This document shows positions 19,858-30,512 of a DNA stretch of 64,000 nt, piece by piece (positions within the stretch are counted from its first letter, which is position 1; each line of letters starts with the position of its first letter). Source of the stretch: Rebecca billardiae RCC1528 (taxonomy: Eukaryota > Protista > Haptophyta); contig OZ251224.1 of assembly GCA_965240325.2 (NCBI GenBank), positions 620,001 through 684,000 of the forward strand. The letters are read 5' to 3'. The position numbers and the translations under genes were made by a program. The notes under the pieces are model-generated. The model was not told where the DNA came from. It was given only the letters and a program-made list of their open reading frames with translations, and searched no databases.

Positions 19858-20277
19858 GCCGTGCTGCGCTGAGCTCTCGGCGGTCGCGACGTATCACGTA
19901 TGCGGCGATGGTGAGTCACGCGGCGTGACAGCCCTAGTGCTGGGACGCCGTGCAAACCGGCGCGGTATCCTGACAGTAATGGGCGGCCTTGCCCTTTTTC
20001 GCACTGGCGCTGTCTGGCCCGGCGACCTCGTCAGCCGTCTGTGTCTGTGATGTCTCAGTCTGTCGTCTGATGTCTGTGATGAACGTCGTCTCATCAGCTC
20101 AGCAGCTGTAATGGCTGGCGGTCGTCACTGAGTTCGTCACGTCTTCGTGTCCGTGATGATTACTTCGTCGGGCCGGATGTTGACCTCAGACCTGAGACTG
20201 AGACTGAGTCTGAGAGTGACACTGACTAGTATTACTGACGAGTCTGAGACTCTGACACGTGACAGTCAGACAGAGTA

Positions 20278-20409
<132 letters not shown>

Positions 20410-20675
20410 CTGTAGTCATCGACGACAGCATCAATTAACCACCTGGTGACCGCCAGTACGTTCAGTAGTCTAGTGAGTAGTGCGGTGAGTAGTGGACCAT
20501 CTGTCCATCCGAGGGGCGCCATCTGATGCCATATCAGGCAGGCATCAGGCATATATATCACGGCGGCGGCGCGTTACGGGCTTACGGCGACCGGCGGCAC
20601 CGCCACGCCGCCACGGCGGCGCGGTCCCGCCTCCCGGACCTGAGCGGGCAGCCTCGTCAGACTCAGAGTCGTCAG

Positions 20676-21974
20676 TCACGGTTTCAAGGGCGCGCCGTCC
20701 CGCGCGGTGGGAGAAGACCCGTCGAGGATCGTGTTGCTGGGCGTACGTGATGGGCGCAGCAGATTCGTCGAGAGCACCACGCTCCTGATCGCCTGGCTGA
20801 CACGGCGCTGGCCACCTCCGAGTTTGCTGACGCGCTGCAGCTCATCGTCGGCGGGCGATTGGCTCTGGGTCGAGACATCGCTCTTGAAGAATTTGATCTG
20901 AGGGATGGCGAGGTCGAGCCAGTCGAGCAGCACGGCAAGCTGGGTGAAGAGGTACCTGAAGCGGTTGTACATCTTGTCGGCACCGCGGTAGACGATGAGC
21001 CACACGACGAAGACACACTTGGTGCCGTAGTAGATGTCGTCGTACCGCGAGAGGATCACGTCGGTGAGCCGCTCGAGGACGCTCAGGCAGAACGTGATGA
21101 TCCAGAAGGTGAGCCACTGCTTGTCGTCGTCCTCTGTCACGGTCTCCAGCGCGTGGATCGACGAGATGAACGCGACGAAGATCAGCGCGTACGTGGTCGT
21201 CTCGAAGACGTAGCCGATGCCCTGCGACTTGGTGACGCAGAACTGCGGGTGCGCGCCCGCCTCTCCGCAGAAGGGCCGCGCGGCGACTGCCGACGCCAGC
21301 GCGCCCACGTTCTGGCTGACGATGTTCTTCCACTTCTCCCAATTCGCGAAGCCCGGCAGCAGCTCGCACTTCGGGCGTGGGAACGCGGGCTTCATGTAGC
21401 ACATGTTCGATGGCTCGCACCTCAACGGCATCTTGAGCTCGCACTTGGGCAGCTGGCCAAACTCGTCGAGGTCGGGGCACATGCCAACCGACACGCACGG
21501 ATACCGCGAGCTCTCGGCGAGCGCGGTCACCAGGAGGTTGCACACGGACATGCAGCTTCGAATGTTGAAGGGGCATAGCTCCGAACACTCGATGTCCTCT
21601 GGTGAGTTCTCGTCGAACTTGAGCATCAGCCCGATCACCGTGTCACACAGGTTGCAGCCCGCACCCTCCTTGTGGAGCAGGAACTGCATGGTGAGCTTGG
21701 TGAGCTTCTTGTAGTCCTGGATCGAGCTCGCAAAGCCGAGAACCATCCAGACCATCATCCAAGGCCCCGATGGGACCCAGTCGCCCGTGATGATCTTCGT
21801 GAACACGAATTTGATCGGCTTCAACGCCCATCGTACAGGTGTCGCGGCCGGGTGACGCCACACGACACCAATCGTCGATGTTGCCAGGCGCAAGACACCG
21901 AGGACCGCGTCACGAGCGGCAACCACGGGCTTCAGGATGGGGCTCAGGGCCTTCAGGCCTTCCAGCGGGCGCAT
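20676..21974 (-). CDS. TB2/DP1/HVA22 (REEP-like) protein with upstream saposin-like Cys-rich domain
   Basis: HVA22 motif SIHALET..DDDKQWLTFWI...YYGTKCVFVVWL...GADKMY; CNLC...CSELC...C...PCVSVGMC has saposin-like spacing. Confidence 0.8.
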   Translation of the reverse strand: MRPLEGLKALSPILKPVVAARDAVLGVLRLATSTIGVVWRHPAATPVRWALKPIKFVFTKIITGDWVPSGPWMMVWMVLGFASSIQDYKKLTKLTMQFLLHKEGAGCNLCDTVIGLMLKFDENSPEDIECSELCPFNIRSCMSVCNLLVTALAESSRYPCVSVGMCPDLDEFGQLPKCELKMPLRCEPSNMCYMKPAFPRPKCELLPGFANWEKWKNIVSQNVGALASAVAARPFCGEAGAHPQFCVTKSQGIGYVFETTTYALIFVAFISSIHALETVTEDDDKQWLTFWIITFCLSVLERLTDVILSRYDDIYYGTKCVFVVWLIVYRGADKMYNRFRYLFTQLAVLLDWLDLAIPQIKFFKSDVSTQSQSPADDELQRVSKLGGGQRRVSQAIRSVVLSTNLLRPSRTPSNTILDGSSPTARDGAPLKP

Positions 21975-22348
21975 CGTCCGGCGAGGACTGGCGCCGAAGC
22001 GCCCGCGAGTCCCTCGCGCGGGCCGCCACTCGGGGCCCCGACTTCGGTACAGTAATTCCGAGGCAGTCAGCACTCCCGTTGGTCATTTTGGTCTTCGACT
22101 CTTGGTTTCGTCGTCGGTGATTTATTGGCTGTGTATGTTGAGGGAGAATGCGAGATTCGTGGTTCGGCTCATCGACAGGCACTGCTCACCAGTCGTTCGT
22201 GCGGGTGCGTGCGCTTGTCCGCGGACGCAGTCGGCTTTGAGCTTGTGCGGTGCAACTGCACCGGTTGAAAGTCTATGATAGCGAGAAGCCGAGAATCAAT
22301 CCGGCCCCGGCCGCTCGCGTCTTCGAGCTGTCGATCGCGACGAGCGCG

Positions 22349-23730
22349 ATGATTGTGCTCGTGGTCGCGTGCGCTCTGGCCGGGCCGTGGACTCGCCCTG
22401 CCCTGCGGCCGGCCCCACTCGCTCCGGTGCGCTCGCGCGGGCTTCAGCCTCGAGGCTCGACGCTGGACGTCCCCACACGCGGCCCTCCCTCCGCCGAGGG
22501 CGAGGGCGAAGGTGATCGCCTGGCGAGCGACGAGCCCGGCAGCACGGCCGCGTCGCTTGCGCTGCAAGGTGTCCGCTGGGCGCCCTTGGCAGTGGGCGTA
22601 GGATACCTCATCCACCCATCCACACTCGACGATGCCGTCGCCCGCGTGTGGTCCGCGCTCAGCAGCCTCGACGTCGTGCGCCAGCCCATGTTTGAGGCGG
22701 AGGTTGCCGCGGGCTCGTTCTGGGTGTGGATCGTGCTCTTCCTCTCGCTGCACGTGCTGATGGGGCCGAAGGCGGCGGCGCACCGATTCGACCAGCGCAT
22801 GCCGCACGACCCCTGGTCGTTCACGCGCGTCGAAAACTGGCCCGAGTGGGCGTACCCGTTCTTCACGTATCTCGGCTCGATCCAGCTCTGTGCGCGCCGC
22901 AGGGCGCCGCTGCAGCGCCGCATCACGCTGCGAGCGTGACGTGCGCAGGCATGCCCGCCACCATGACCCTCTCACCGCGCGCGCAAATGCGCACGGTCCC
23001 ACCCCGCCTGCTGCCACTGGCGCCACGCGCAGATCACATGGTCCACCCGAAGGCCGCGCTGGAGCTCACGCCGCCCAGCTTTGGCGTGCTGGGCGCGGAG
23101 GTGCTGTGCGGCATCTTCCTGTACGACCTGGCCTTCTACCCGCTGCACTGGCTGCTGCACAACTGCCCGCTGCGGGGCGTGCGCGCTCTGCACGGGTACC
23201 ACCACCGCGCGGGCGAGCGCGCGCTCACCGCGACGGAGACGGTGCAGCACTCCTTCTGGGACGCGTTCCTGCAGGTGGCCGTCAACATTGCCGTGCAGCA
23301 GGTCTCGCCGTTCGCGCCGTTTGGAGGGAAGCACCCGCTCTCGCGCATCATCCACAACATCGTCGTCACCTACCTGCTCTCCGAGTCGCACTCCGGCTAT
23401 GACCTGCCGTGGATGTCGCACCGGCTGTGGCCCGAGCTCTTTGGCGGCGCTCCGCGGCACGAGCGCCACCACCACAACGGCCGCGTGTACTATCATCAGT
23501 TCTTCAAGTACATCGACGATGCGCTCGGCTACGTGGAGGCGGAGTCGCGGGCACAGGCTCTGTCTCCCGCGGTCGATGGGAGGAGCGCGGCCACTTTGGA
23601 CGATTCCGTGAATTACGTGCCGGGAATCGTGCATCTCGCTGATGACGAGACGCGTATTGATGCTGTCGTGGGGGCTGACGCTGATTCCGCCCAGCGAGCG
23701 ACGGAAAACGAAACGTTGTCGGCGAAGTGA
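22349..23730 (+). CDS. Fatty acid hydroxylase / sterol desaturase superfamily protein; predicted intron 22890-23032
   Basis: His boxes HWLLH, HGYHH, ESHSGYD and HERHH; signal plus transit-like N-terminus MIVLVVACALAGPWTRPALRPAP. Confidence 0.85.
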
Positions 23731-23850
23731 TGATACCTGAGACTGAGACCGTTGACGAGTGGCGCTTATCGGCGGTATCCGGCGGCACTAATGGGCGGTA
23801 GTGGATATATACGATCCCGTATAGATCCCGTACCCGGCTGGATCCGCCAC

Positions 23851-24053
23851 TCGCTCTCTCTCTCTCTCGCTGCTAAGCCTAAGTCGAGCTGTCCGCTGCT
23901 AAGTCTTCCAGTCTTCCTCTATCATCTCTCTGACTCTCACAGTCACTCTCTGACGAGTGACTCTCTCTGCTCTGACTCTCTGAGACTCTCTGATGATCGT
24001 CTCTTTCATCATCTCTATAGCTCTCTCTCTCTATTACGACACTAAATACGCAT
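23851..24053. repeat. Interrupted (CT)n tract flanked by a 14-bp direct repeat
   Basis: gctggatccgccac at 23837-23850 and 24054-24067. Confidence 0.8.
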
Positions 24054-24272
24054 GCTGGATCCGCCACGCCCCGAACCACGACCGGCCGACCGCCCTCCGC
24101 GGTCCGCCGTCGTCGTGCGGACGTCGCGTCACCTCAGCGCTGGCTAGCTGAGTGGCTGTGAGCTGCGCCTGCCCGACTGGCTCGAGGGGCTCCCAGCGGC
24201 GCTGCATCTGGCCACCGTGCCGCGTCGCCGCGGCGTCACGTCGATGGCTGCTGGGCTCGCCGCGTCCTAGCG

Positions 24273-27230
24273 TCATGCGGCGGCCAGCTTGTTCTCCGGG
24301 TCGAGCGCGCGGCACGCGTCGTGCTCGGCGCTGATCAGGCAATCGAGCGGCGCGTGCGGCACGAACGCTGCAGGGCCTGGCGCCGCGCGCTGCGCGCGGC
24401 CGGTGGGCACGCCGCATGCGAATCGCGCGTTCACCGCGTGCGCGCGCAGCGCGAGCTCGAGCACCGCGTCTGAGCCCGGCTGCTCGAAGCGCGCGCCGTA
24501 CTCTCGCACGCGGCCGCTGTGCAGCTTGCCCATGCCGTGCTGCTTCCACGCCACGTGGCGCGCGACGCCGCGCATCTGCGTGGCGGCCGCCCATCCCGCG
24601 CGCCCGCTCTGCGTGCGCGGCATCGCCGCGACCGTGGCAAAGCCCGCCGCCCACAGCCGCGCCTCGAGCTCGCAGTCTACCGCGACCGAGCCCGCCTGGC
24701 CCCGCGCCGCCATCGTCTCGTTGAAGCCGCCCACGTCCACAAACGCCGCCCGCTCGAGCAGCAGCGGGCCCATGTCTGCGCACCGCGCCGCCTCGACCGC
24801 GAGCTCGACGGGCACGTGGGCGGGCGCGGCGGCGGCGGCGCCCGCGCCGCCGGGCGGCTGCACGCGCACCTCCGCCGTCGCGTTGCACCGCGGCTGCAGG
24901 ATGTGCCCCTTGCCGTCGCGCAGCGAGTCGAGGCCAAAGTCGAGGTGCGTGAGGCCGCGCGGCGCCGCCGGGTAGCCAAAGCGATCGTCCGATCGAGCGC
25001 CGCCGCGCGGGCCCGGCAGCGCGCGCGAGAGCACGCCGGCGCGCGCGAGCTGCTCGCGCGAGGGCAGGCGGGCGGCCTCGTGGGGCACGTAGAAGAGCAC
25101 CGCGTTGAAGGAGGCCACCTTGATGGGCACGGGCACATCGGCGCCGCCGTGCGCGCGCAGCAGTGCAAGAGGCCCTGCAAGCCACGCCGCGTCCTGCACA
25201 CCGCGCTCGCGGCCGGCTGGCGGCGAGGCGGTTGGCGCCGCGCGCTGGCGGAGCTGCGCGGCCGCGGCCGCGGCCGCGCCCACCGGCGGGACGGGCGGGT
25301 ACGCGCCGGGCTTGGCGCACGCGCCGGGCACGCCGTCGTCGTCCTGCGCGAAGAGCACGTACTCGCCGCGCGCCATCCACGCCAGACGGTTGTACCCGCG
25401 CAGCTCGTGCACGCTCGGCGAGAGGAGGGCGTAGTCACCGCCGCCGAGCGCTGCGATCCAGCGGGGGGCGTCGCCGAGCGCGTGCGCGCGCGAGTCGACG
25501 TTGACGAGCAGCTCGGCGCGCACGCCCGCCGCGCGCGCGCACTGCGCGTACCCCGCGACGAGCGGCTGTATCGCCAGCTCGTGCGCGCGGCCCGGCGCGT
25601 TGAAGTACTGCAGCACGACGCTCAGCTCGACGGCTTCGGCCGCGGCCGTCCACGGGCTGAGGCAGCTGCCGTCCGCGCACGCGCGCGCGCGGCGCTTGGC
25701 GCTGGCGGCGGGCTCGCGCGCGGCGGCGGCGACGGCGCGCGCGCACGCGCCGCCGAGCGCGGCCGTCACGTTCCCCATCGGCATGCCGCAGTCGACGGGG
25801 CCGAGCGGCGCCCGCGGGTCCCAAGCCAGCTCGGCGCTCGGCGCGCACCGCAGCTCTCGCGCGTTGAACGCGCGCATCGCGCCGAAGATGGCGGCGAAGG
25901 CGTCGGTCGCGGGGTTCTGGTACGCGGCGTCGAAGAAGCGGGCCGCGCGCTTCGTCTGCTGGCACGAGCCGGGCTGCTCCCACGCGAGGTGCGGCTTGAT
26001 CACGCGCACCGACTCGGGCACGTCCGGCGCGGCGATCGCTTTCTCCGCGAGCGGCCGCGTGGCCTCGCCCGGCCGGTGCACCGCGATCTCGAGGAGGAAC
26101 TTCATCGGCCACTGGTTCACGTCGGTCAGGTAGCGCGTGAGGTAGACCGTGGCCCAGCCCGCCAGCCACATCCGCGCCTGGAGCTCGCAGTCGACGTAGA
26201 TCGCGCCGAGCACCCCTTTGGACGCGCCGCGCTCGTCGAAGCCGCGCACGGCGGTAAACGCCTCTCGGCGCACGAGCAGGGGGCCTGCGGGCGAGCACAG
26301 CACGGCCTCCGTGCGCACGCCGACGCGCGGGTCGAAGCAGCGCGGGCGCTCGGACTCGGTGTACGTGGGGCACTGCGTGTGCACCCCCGGGCTCACGTGG
26401 TGGATCGCGTTCTCCTGCAGCCCCACCACGCCCACCTCCTCGCGCAGCCGCAGCACGCGCGTCGCGTTGGCCAGCCAGCCGCACGTGTCGTACCCGTCGT
26501 ACACCGCGACCTGCGGGTTGGGCGCCTCGTCGTCCTGCACGAAGAGGAGGTGCGCGCCGCGCGCCATCCACGCCAGCCGGTTGTACCCGCGCAGCTCGTG
26601 CACGTTCGGCGAGAGCAGCGCGAAGTCCGACTCGCCCAGCACGTCGAGCCACTCGCGCACGTTGCCGTCGGCGTGGTCGCGCGAGTCCACGTTCACGAGC
26701 ACCTCGACCGATAGGCCTGACGAGTTGGCGCACCGGCGGTAGCCCTCGACGAGGGGGCGGATGCCGACGTGGCGGAAGCGGCCGGGCGCGTTGAAGAACT
26801 GCACGATCACCGACAGGTCGACGCGATCTTCTAGCGTGGGTGGGAGCCGTCGCCGAGCTTTGAGCGGCGGGCGCGGAGGCGGTTGCCGGAAGTGCGATGA
26901 AGATCGCTGCGGAGCGGCGATGCTCACGTCGGCAGAGCGCGCGCTGCCACGGCCGGAGGGCTCCGGCTCGCCGGCCAATTCACGCTCGGCGGCGTCTTGC
27001 GCGGCTCCCTCCCACCTGCGAGCCTCGCGCGGCGCAGCGCGAGCATCTGCGACGATCGGTTTGGCCGGCTCGCTCGCGGTGATCGAATGCTGCGAGGTCA
27101 AGCTTAGATGCGCCGAGCGCAGGACCACGGCCAGGCACAGGAGCGCGACTAGGAGGGTGAAGCGCACCGGCAGGGACAGCCCCCGCGAGAGGGGCGCCAA
27201 AGGAGCCTCAACTACACGTCGTGGCGCCAT
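24273..27230 (-). CDS. Type II membrane glycosyltransferase with two tandem GT2-like (GT-A) domains
   Basis: N-terminal TM FTLLVALLCLAVVL; duplicated LSV(I/V)(V/L)Q(F/Y)FN...LVNVDS...VHELRGYNRLAWMARG..L(L)F(V/A)QDD...GF(D/N)E...VDCEL.AR.W.AG. Confidence 0.85.
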   Translation of the reverse strand: MAPRRVVEAPLAPLSRGLSLPVRFTLLVALLCLAVVLRSAHLSLTSQHSITASEPAKPIVADARAAPREARRWEGAAQDAAERELAGEPEPSGRGSARSADVSIAAPQRSSSHFRQPPPRPPLKARRRLPPTLEDRVDLSVIVQFFNAPGRFRHVGIRPLVEGYRRCANSSGLSVEVLVNVDSRDHADGNVREWLDVLGESDFALLSPNVHELRGYNRLAWMARGAHLLFVQDDEAPNPQVAVYDGYDTCGWLANATRVLRLREEVGVVGLQENAIHHVSPGVHTQCPTYTESERPRCFDPRVGVRTEAVLCSPAGPLLVRREAFTAVRGFDERGASKGVLGAIYVDCELQARMWLAGWATVYLTRYLTDVNQWPMKFLLEIAVHRPGEATRPLAEKAIAAPDVPESVRVIKPHLAWEQPGSCQQTKRAARFFDAAYQNPATDAFAAIFGAMRAFNARELRCAPSAELAWDPRAPLGPVDCGMPMGNVTAALGGACARAVAAAAREPAASAKRRARACADGSCLSPWTAAAEAVELSVVLQYFNAPGRAHELAIQPLVAGYAQCARAAGVRAELLVNVDSRAHALGDAPRWIAALGGGDYALLSPSVHELRGYNRLAWMARGEYVLFAQDDDGVPGACAKPGAYPPVPPVGAAAAAAAQLRQRAAPTASPPAGRERGVQDAAWLAGPLALLRAHGGADVPVPIKVASFNAVLFYVPHEAARLPSREQLARAGVLSRALPGPRGGARSDDRFGYPAAPRGLTHLDFGLDSLRDGKGHILQPRCNATAEVRVQPPGGAGAAAAAPAHVPVELAVEAARCADMGPLLLERAAFVDVGGFNETMAARGQAGSVAVDCELEARLWAAGFATVAAMPRTQSGRAGWAAATQMRGVARHVAWKQHGMGKLHSGRVREYGARFEQPGSDAVLELALRAHAVNARFACGVPTGRAQRAAPGPAAFVPHAPLDCLISAEHDACRALDPENKLAAA

Positions 27231-27610
27231 CACGCATCAAGCGGCGACCCCGCCCGCCGCCGGCATCGCAAATGCGCCCGACGCACGATGGCGGGAGTCG
27301 CGGGACATATATCGCACGATGGCGGTGGCAACTCGCAAGCGGGGTGAGGATTCCAGCATGATTCTTGCGCTCTCTCCGGAGGGAGGAGGGCGACTGAGGC
27401 CCAGCTGTTGCTCACTGGCTGGCACTCGGGCACTCTAAAGGGACTGTGGTAGCTCCTCATGCAGCAGCCGCTGTCGCCGTGAGGCCTGGAAGTGTGCAGA
27501 GCCGGTATGCCATGATCCGCGGGCGCAACACCGAGAGAGGTCGTGGAATGCGACACGCGCCGTTCGCTGCTGTGCCTGGTAGCGCTCGGCTATGCTGAAG
27601 CCACTCATAA

Positions 27611-27845
27611 ATGACCCCGTCTGTCAAATGGCCCCACTAGCGAATATCCTTTACAAAGAGGGTGCGGAAAAAGCGCGCTTCATACTCGCTCGAACCCGCG
27701 TTCACTGCTTACGATTGCCGCCTCCTTGGTTGCCGCGCCTGCTTGAAGCGTGCTCTGCGCCTCAGTCTCTCCGCAGTCGTGGAGCGGTCCATTCACTGAA
27801 TCACTGATGATGGCCGTTGAGCAGGTGGCCCATTTGACCGGTCAT
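27611..27845. mobile_element. Possible small degenerate MITE (about 235 bp)
   Basis: Imperfect terminal inverted repeats atgacc..gtcaaatggccccac / gtggcccatttgaccggtcat. Confidence 0.4.
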
Positions 27846-27899
27846 CAGACCTCTAACAACAGCTGCATCTGGCCCTGGGGCGGGACGCAGCCTGGACTA

Positions 27900-27950
27900 A
27901 TTCTATGATTTAAAGACACAGGCACGAGGGCGCAGCTCTCCTGATTCGTC
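27900..27950. repeat. Diverged fragment of repeat family C
   Basis: attctatgatttaaagacacagg...tctcctgattcgtc matches 62237-62290. Confidence 0.75.
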
Positions 27951-29343
27951 TGGGATCGGCGCGGCCTGAGCCCGCCGTGAGTTTGTGGATCATCAGCAGG
28001 CGTGTGCGTTGTCGCCCACTCATCTGATTCTGAAGTCAGGCAACGACGACGATAACATTCAGCACACACTTTTGGCGCACGGCGGACACTTCTAGTGCCA
28101 CTTCTGCGGGCCCCGGAGAATCGGACCATTCAACGGTACGGAGTCAGGCGGGAGAGTATTCCGCCTGCTCAAAAGCATCAGGAACGACTGAATTAAGCTA
28201 GAAACTGTAGAATCTCAATATTAGCAGTATTTTAGGGCAGTCTGTGCAGAATCATACCTGTTATAGCTAATAAGCTATCCAGGTCATCGGACACGGACCA
28301 TATAAGCTAGACGATTCAGTATTTCGCCTGTAGCTAAGCAGACCGTCCGCGGTCCGAACTCACTACAACACCGAAGCCGCCCCACTTCGATGCCGATGGC
28401 TGACAGGCATTCCTTCCTATAGTGGCATAAGAGTAGTAGTAGTCATTCTCTCCGCCGGGCTTAGAGCCATGGTCCAGAAGCCTGATCGTCCTGATCGAGT
28501 GACCGCGTGTCCCGCCACTTCATCATTCAGTCTTCAAGTTCAATCTTGACGAGTGACTGCCGTCGACGGACGGTAGTACGGTGTCACGGTGCGGGTGACC
28601 GCGACGGTGACGGACTAGTGAACGTAGTTAGTGGTCGGGGACTACTCCGGTCTTTATTAAGACTGCGCCAGTCCCGCTGGGACATAAGTCACACTAAATA
28701 AGACCGCGCGGGCGACAGGCCTATTGGCCGATAAAATCTAACGGGTTTTGATTTTAATATAAATTTAATAATATAGTGTAACGCTGCAGCCTAGCTACCC
28801 CAGTACTGTCAATGTACCAATACCATACCCGCGCCGCCGGCGGCGTCCGGCGGTCAGCGACTCAGCGGTGACTGAGTGACTCAGCCAGTACGGCCACCCG
28901 CGGTCCGGCGTCCTGTGACGGTGTGACTGTGACTGTGACTGTGTGACCACTCTCCGGTCGCCGCTGCCGGCCAGCCTGCCGCCGGTCAGCCGGCCCGCGA
29001 ACTTAAAAATTTATTCCGAATTCGGAATTCGGTTCTGACGAATCACTCAATCAGCCGAGCTTCGGCAGCATACTATTACTCGACTGCTGAGCCTACTATG
29101 TTATTGACACATGTTGTCATGCGGACCCGGCGCGTCGCCCGCAGTCTGCGGCCGGCAGGCCGCGCAGGGTCTGACTTAGGAGGCCAATGCCTAATGAGGC
29201 CCGACGCCGTCGGTCATGGCACATAACACATTGACTCAACGAGGCCGGACAAAATGCCCAGCAGCTGTACGCCTGCGCGGCCTTGAAGGTAGGCCCTCGA
29301 CAGATCATGTTCATAGGACGAGCCACTCCTGGCGAGCGCGCAC

Positions 29344-29761
29344 TCACCCTGCGCCGCGACTGCGCAGCGATTCCCGAAACTCGGCCCAGCCCTCCCGGCT
29401 GCACGGTGCGGCGGTGCACAGCAAGAGCTGGGGTGAGAGCTCCCTGTCACGTTGCGGCAAGACACACGGAGAGAAGTCACTTGGGCAACGGTGGAACGAC
29501 AGGGGTTGACGAAGCATCCGCAATTGCCTTCATCTGCGTGATCGACGAGTCCCTCAGGAACAAGGCGACCTTGTCCAAATGCTCCGGGAGGGTGTAAAGC
29601 ACCACCTCGTCCTCGCGGCTGATCGATGCCGTCGTGAAGCGCGGGAAGTACGATGCCACCTTCTTGGTAAGCTGCTCGGCTTCGGTGTACGCCTGGTCGG
29701 ACAGCTGCCGGCGCGTCGGCCGCGCCACCAACATGGCCGCCCTGCGAAGCTGAAGGACCAT
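29344..29761 (-). CDS. NDUFS3/Nad9 N-terminal part with mitochondrial presequence; C-terminal half not found (split gene or pseudogene). Tentative intron 29399-29510
   Basis: KVASYFPRF...EDEVVLYTLPEHLDKVALFLRDSSITQMKAIAD resembles NDUFS3 YVAEILPKY...[32 protein letters not shown]; Arg-rich presequence MVLQLRRAAMLVARPTRRQLS. The 3' end is speculative. Confidence 0.65.
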
Positions 29762-29903
29762 CGCCGATGGCAGCCCTCCAGAAGTCCAGAGCCGTACCGA
29801 GCAACGCGGGCTGCGCGGCTCACGACACAGCCTGTCGCTCGAGTCCGGGAGTCGGGCTGCTCCCACGATGGCGACAAGTGCCCGCGACAACGCGCTAACG
29901 AAC

Positions 29904-30512
29904 TATGGAGCGCTCGTTGGAACTTGACGCCGGTTTGGCGCCCGCGCGGCGAGGGCGACGACGGGCGTACACGGGGCCCGCGGCGGCGGGAAGCGCGCGG
30001 GCGCGGCCGAGAACGGCACGGTCCGGACGCCTCTCGCCAGCCGCGGACGCGCACCGCGCCTCCTCCTCGCACGCTGCTAACTTGATCCGGGTTGAACGGT
30101 GGTTTTGCTGCCGACCAGCTCAAGTTCCACGGCTGGTCAAGGTTCGGCTTGCGACCTCGCCGCTGGTGCTTGCAAGAAGGTACACGAGTTGGTCGAACTC
30201 CCACGCACCCGCTCTGCGCTCGTCGACGCCCTCTGAAGGTGACTCGGGGTGCATGCGGGGCAGTGGAATGCAGTGGTTCGGCGTTGCCTCTCAGTCGTCC
30301 AGCGCGCAGGCCATGTAGCGCGGGTGTGGTGCGCGCATGGCCCGGTAATTCGGTCGCGGCATGTCTGTCTGGGCTGCCCAAGGCCTGCCGCACCGCGAAG
30401 CGAGCGCTCAGGAGCGTGTGCCGACCGTGCCAGCCCCGCCGAGATGGGGCACTTCGCTGGGAAATGCGGTGTCAAGTTCCACCCCCGCTCAAGTTCCAAC
30501 GAGCGCTCCATA
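29904..30512. mobile_element. MITE-like non-autonomous DNA transposon, 22-bp perfect TIR with TA flanks
   Basis: TA-tggagcgctcgttggaacttga (29904-29927) is the exact reverse complement of 30489-30512; internal tcaagttcca copies near 30120 and 30472. Confidence 0.85.
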
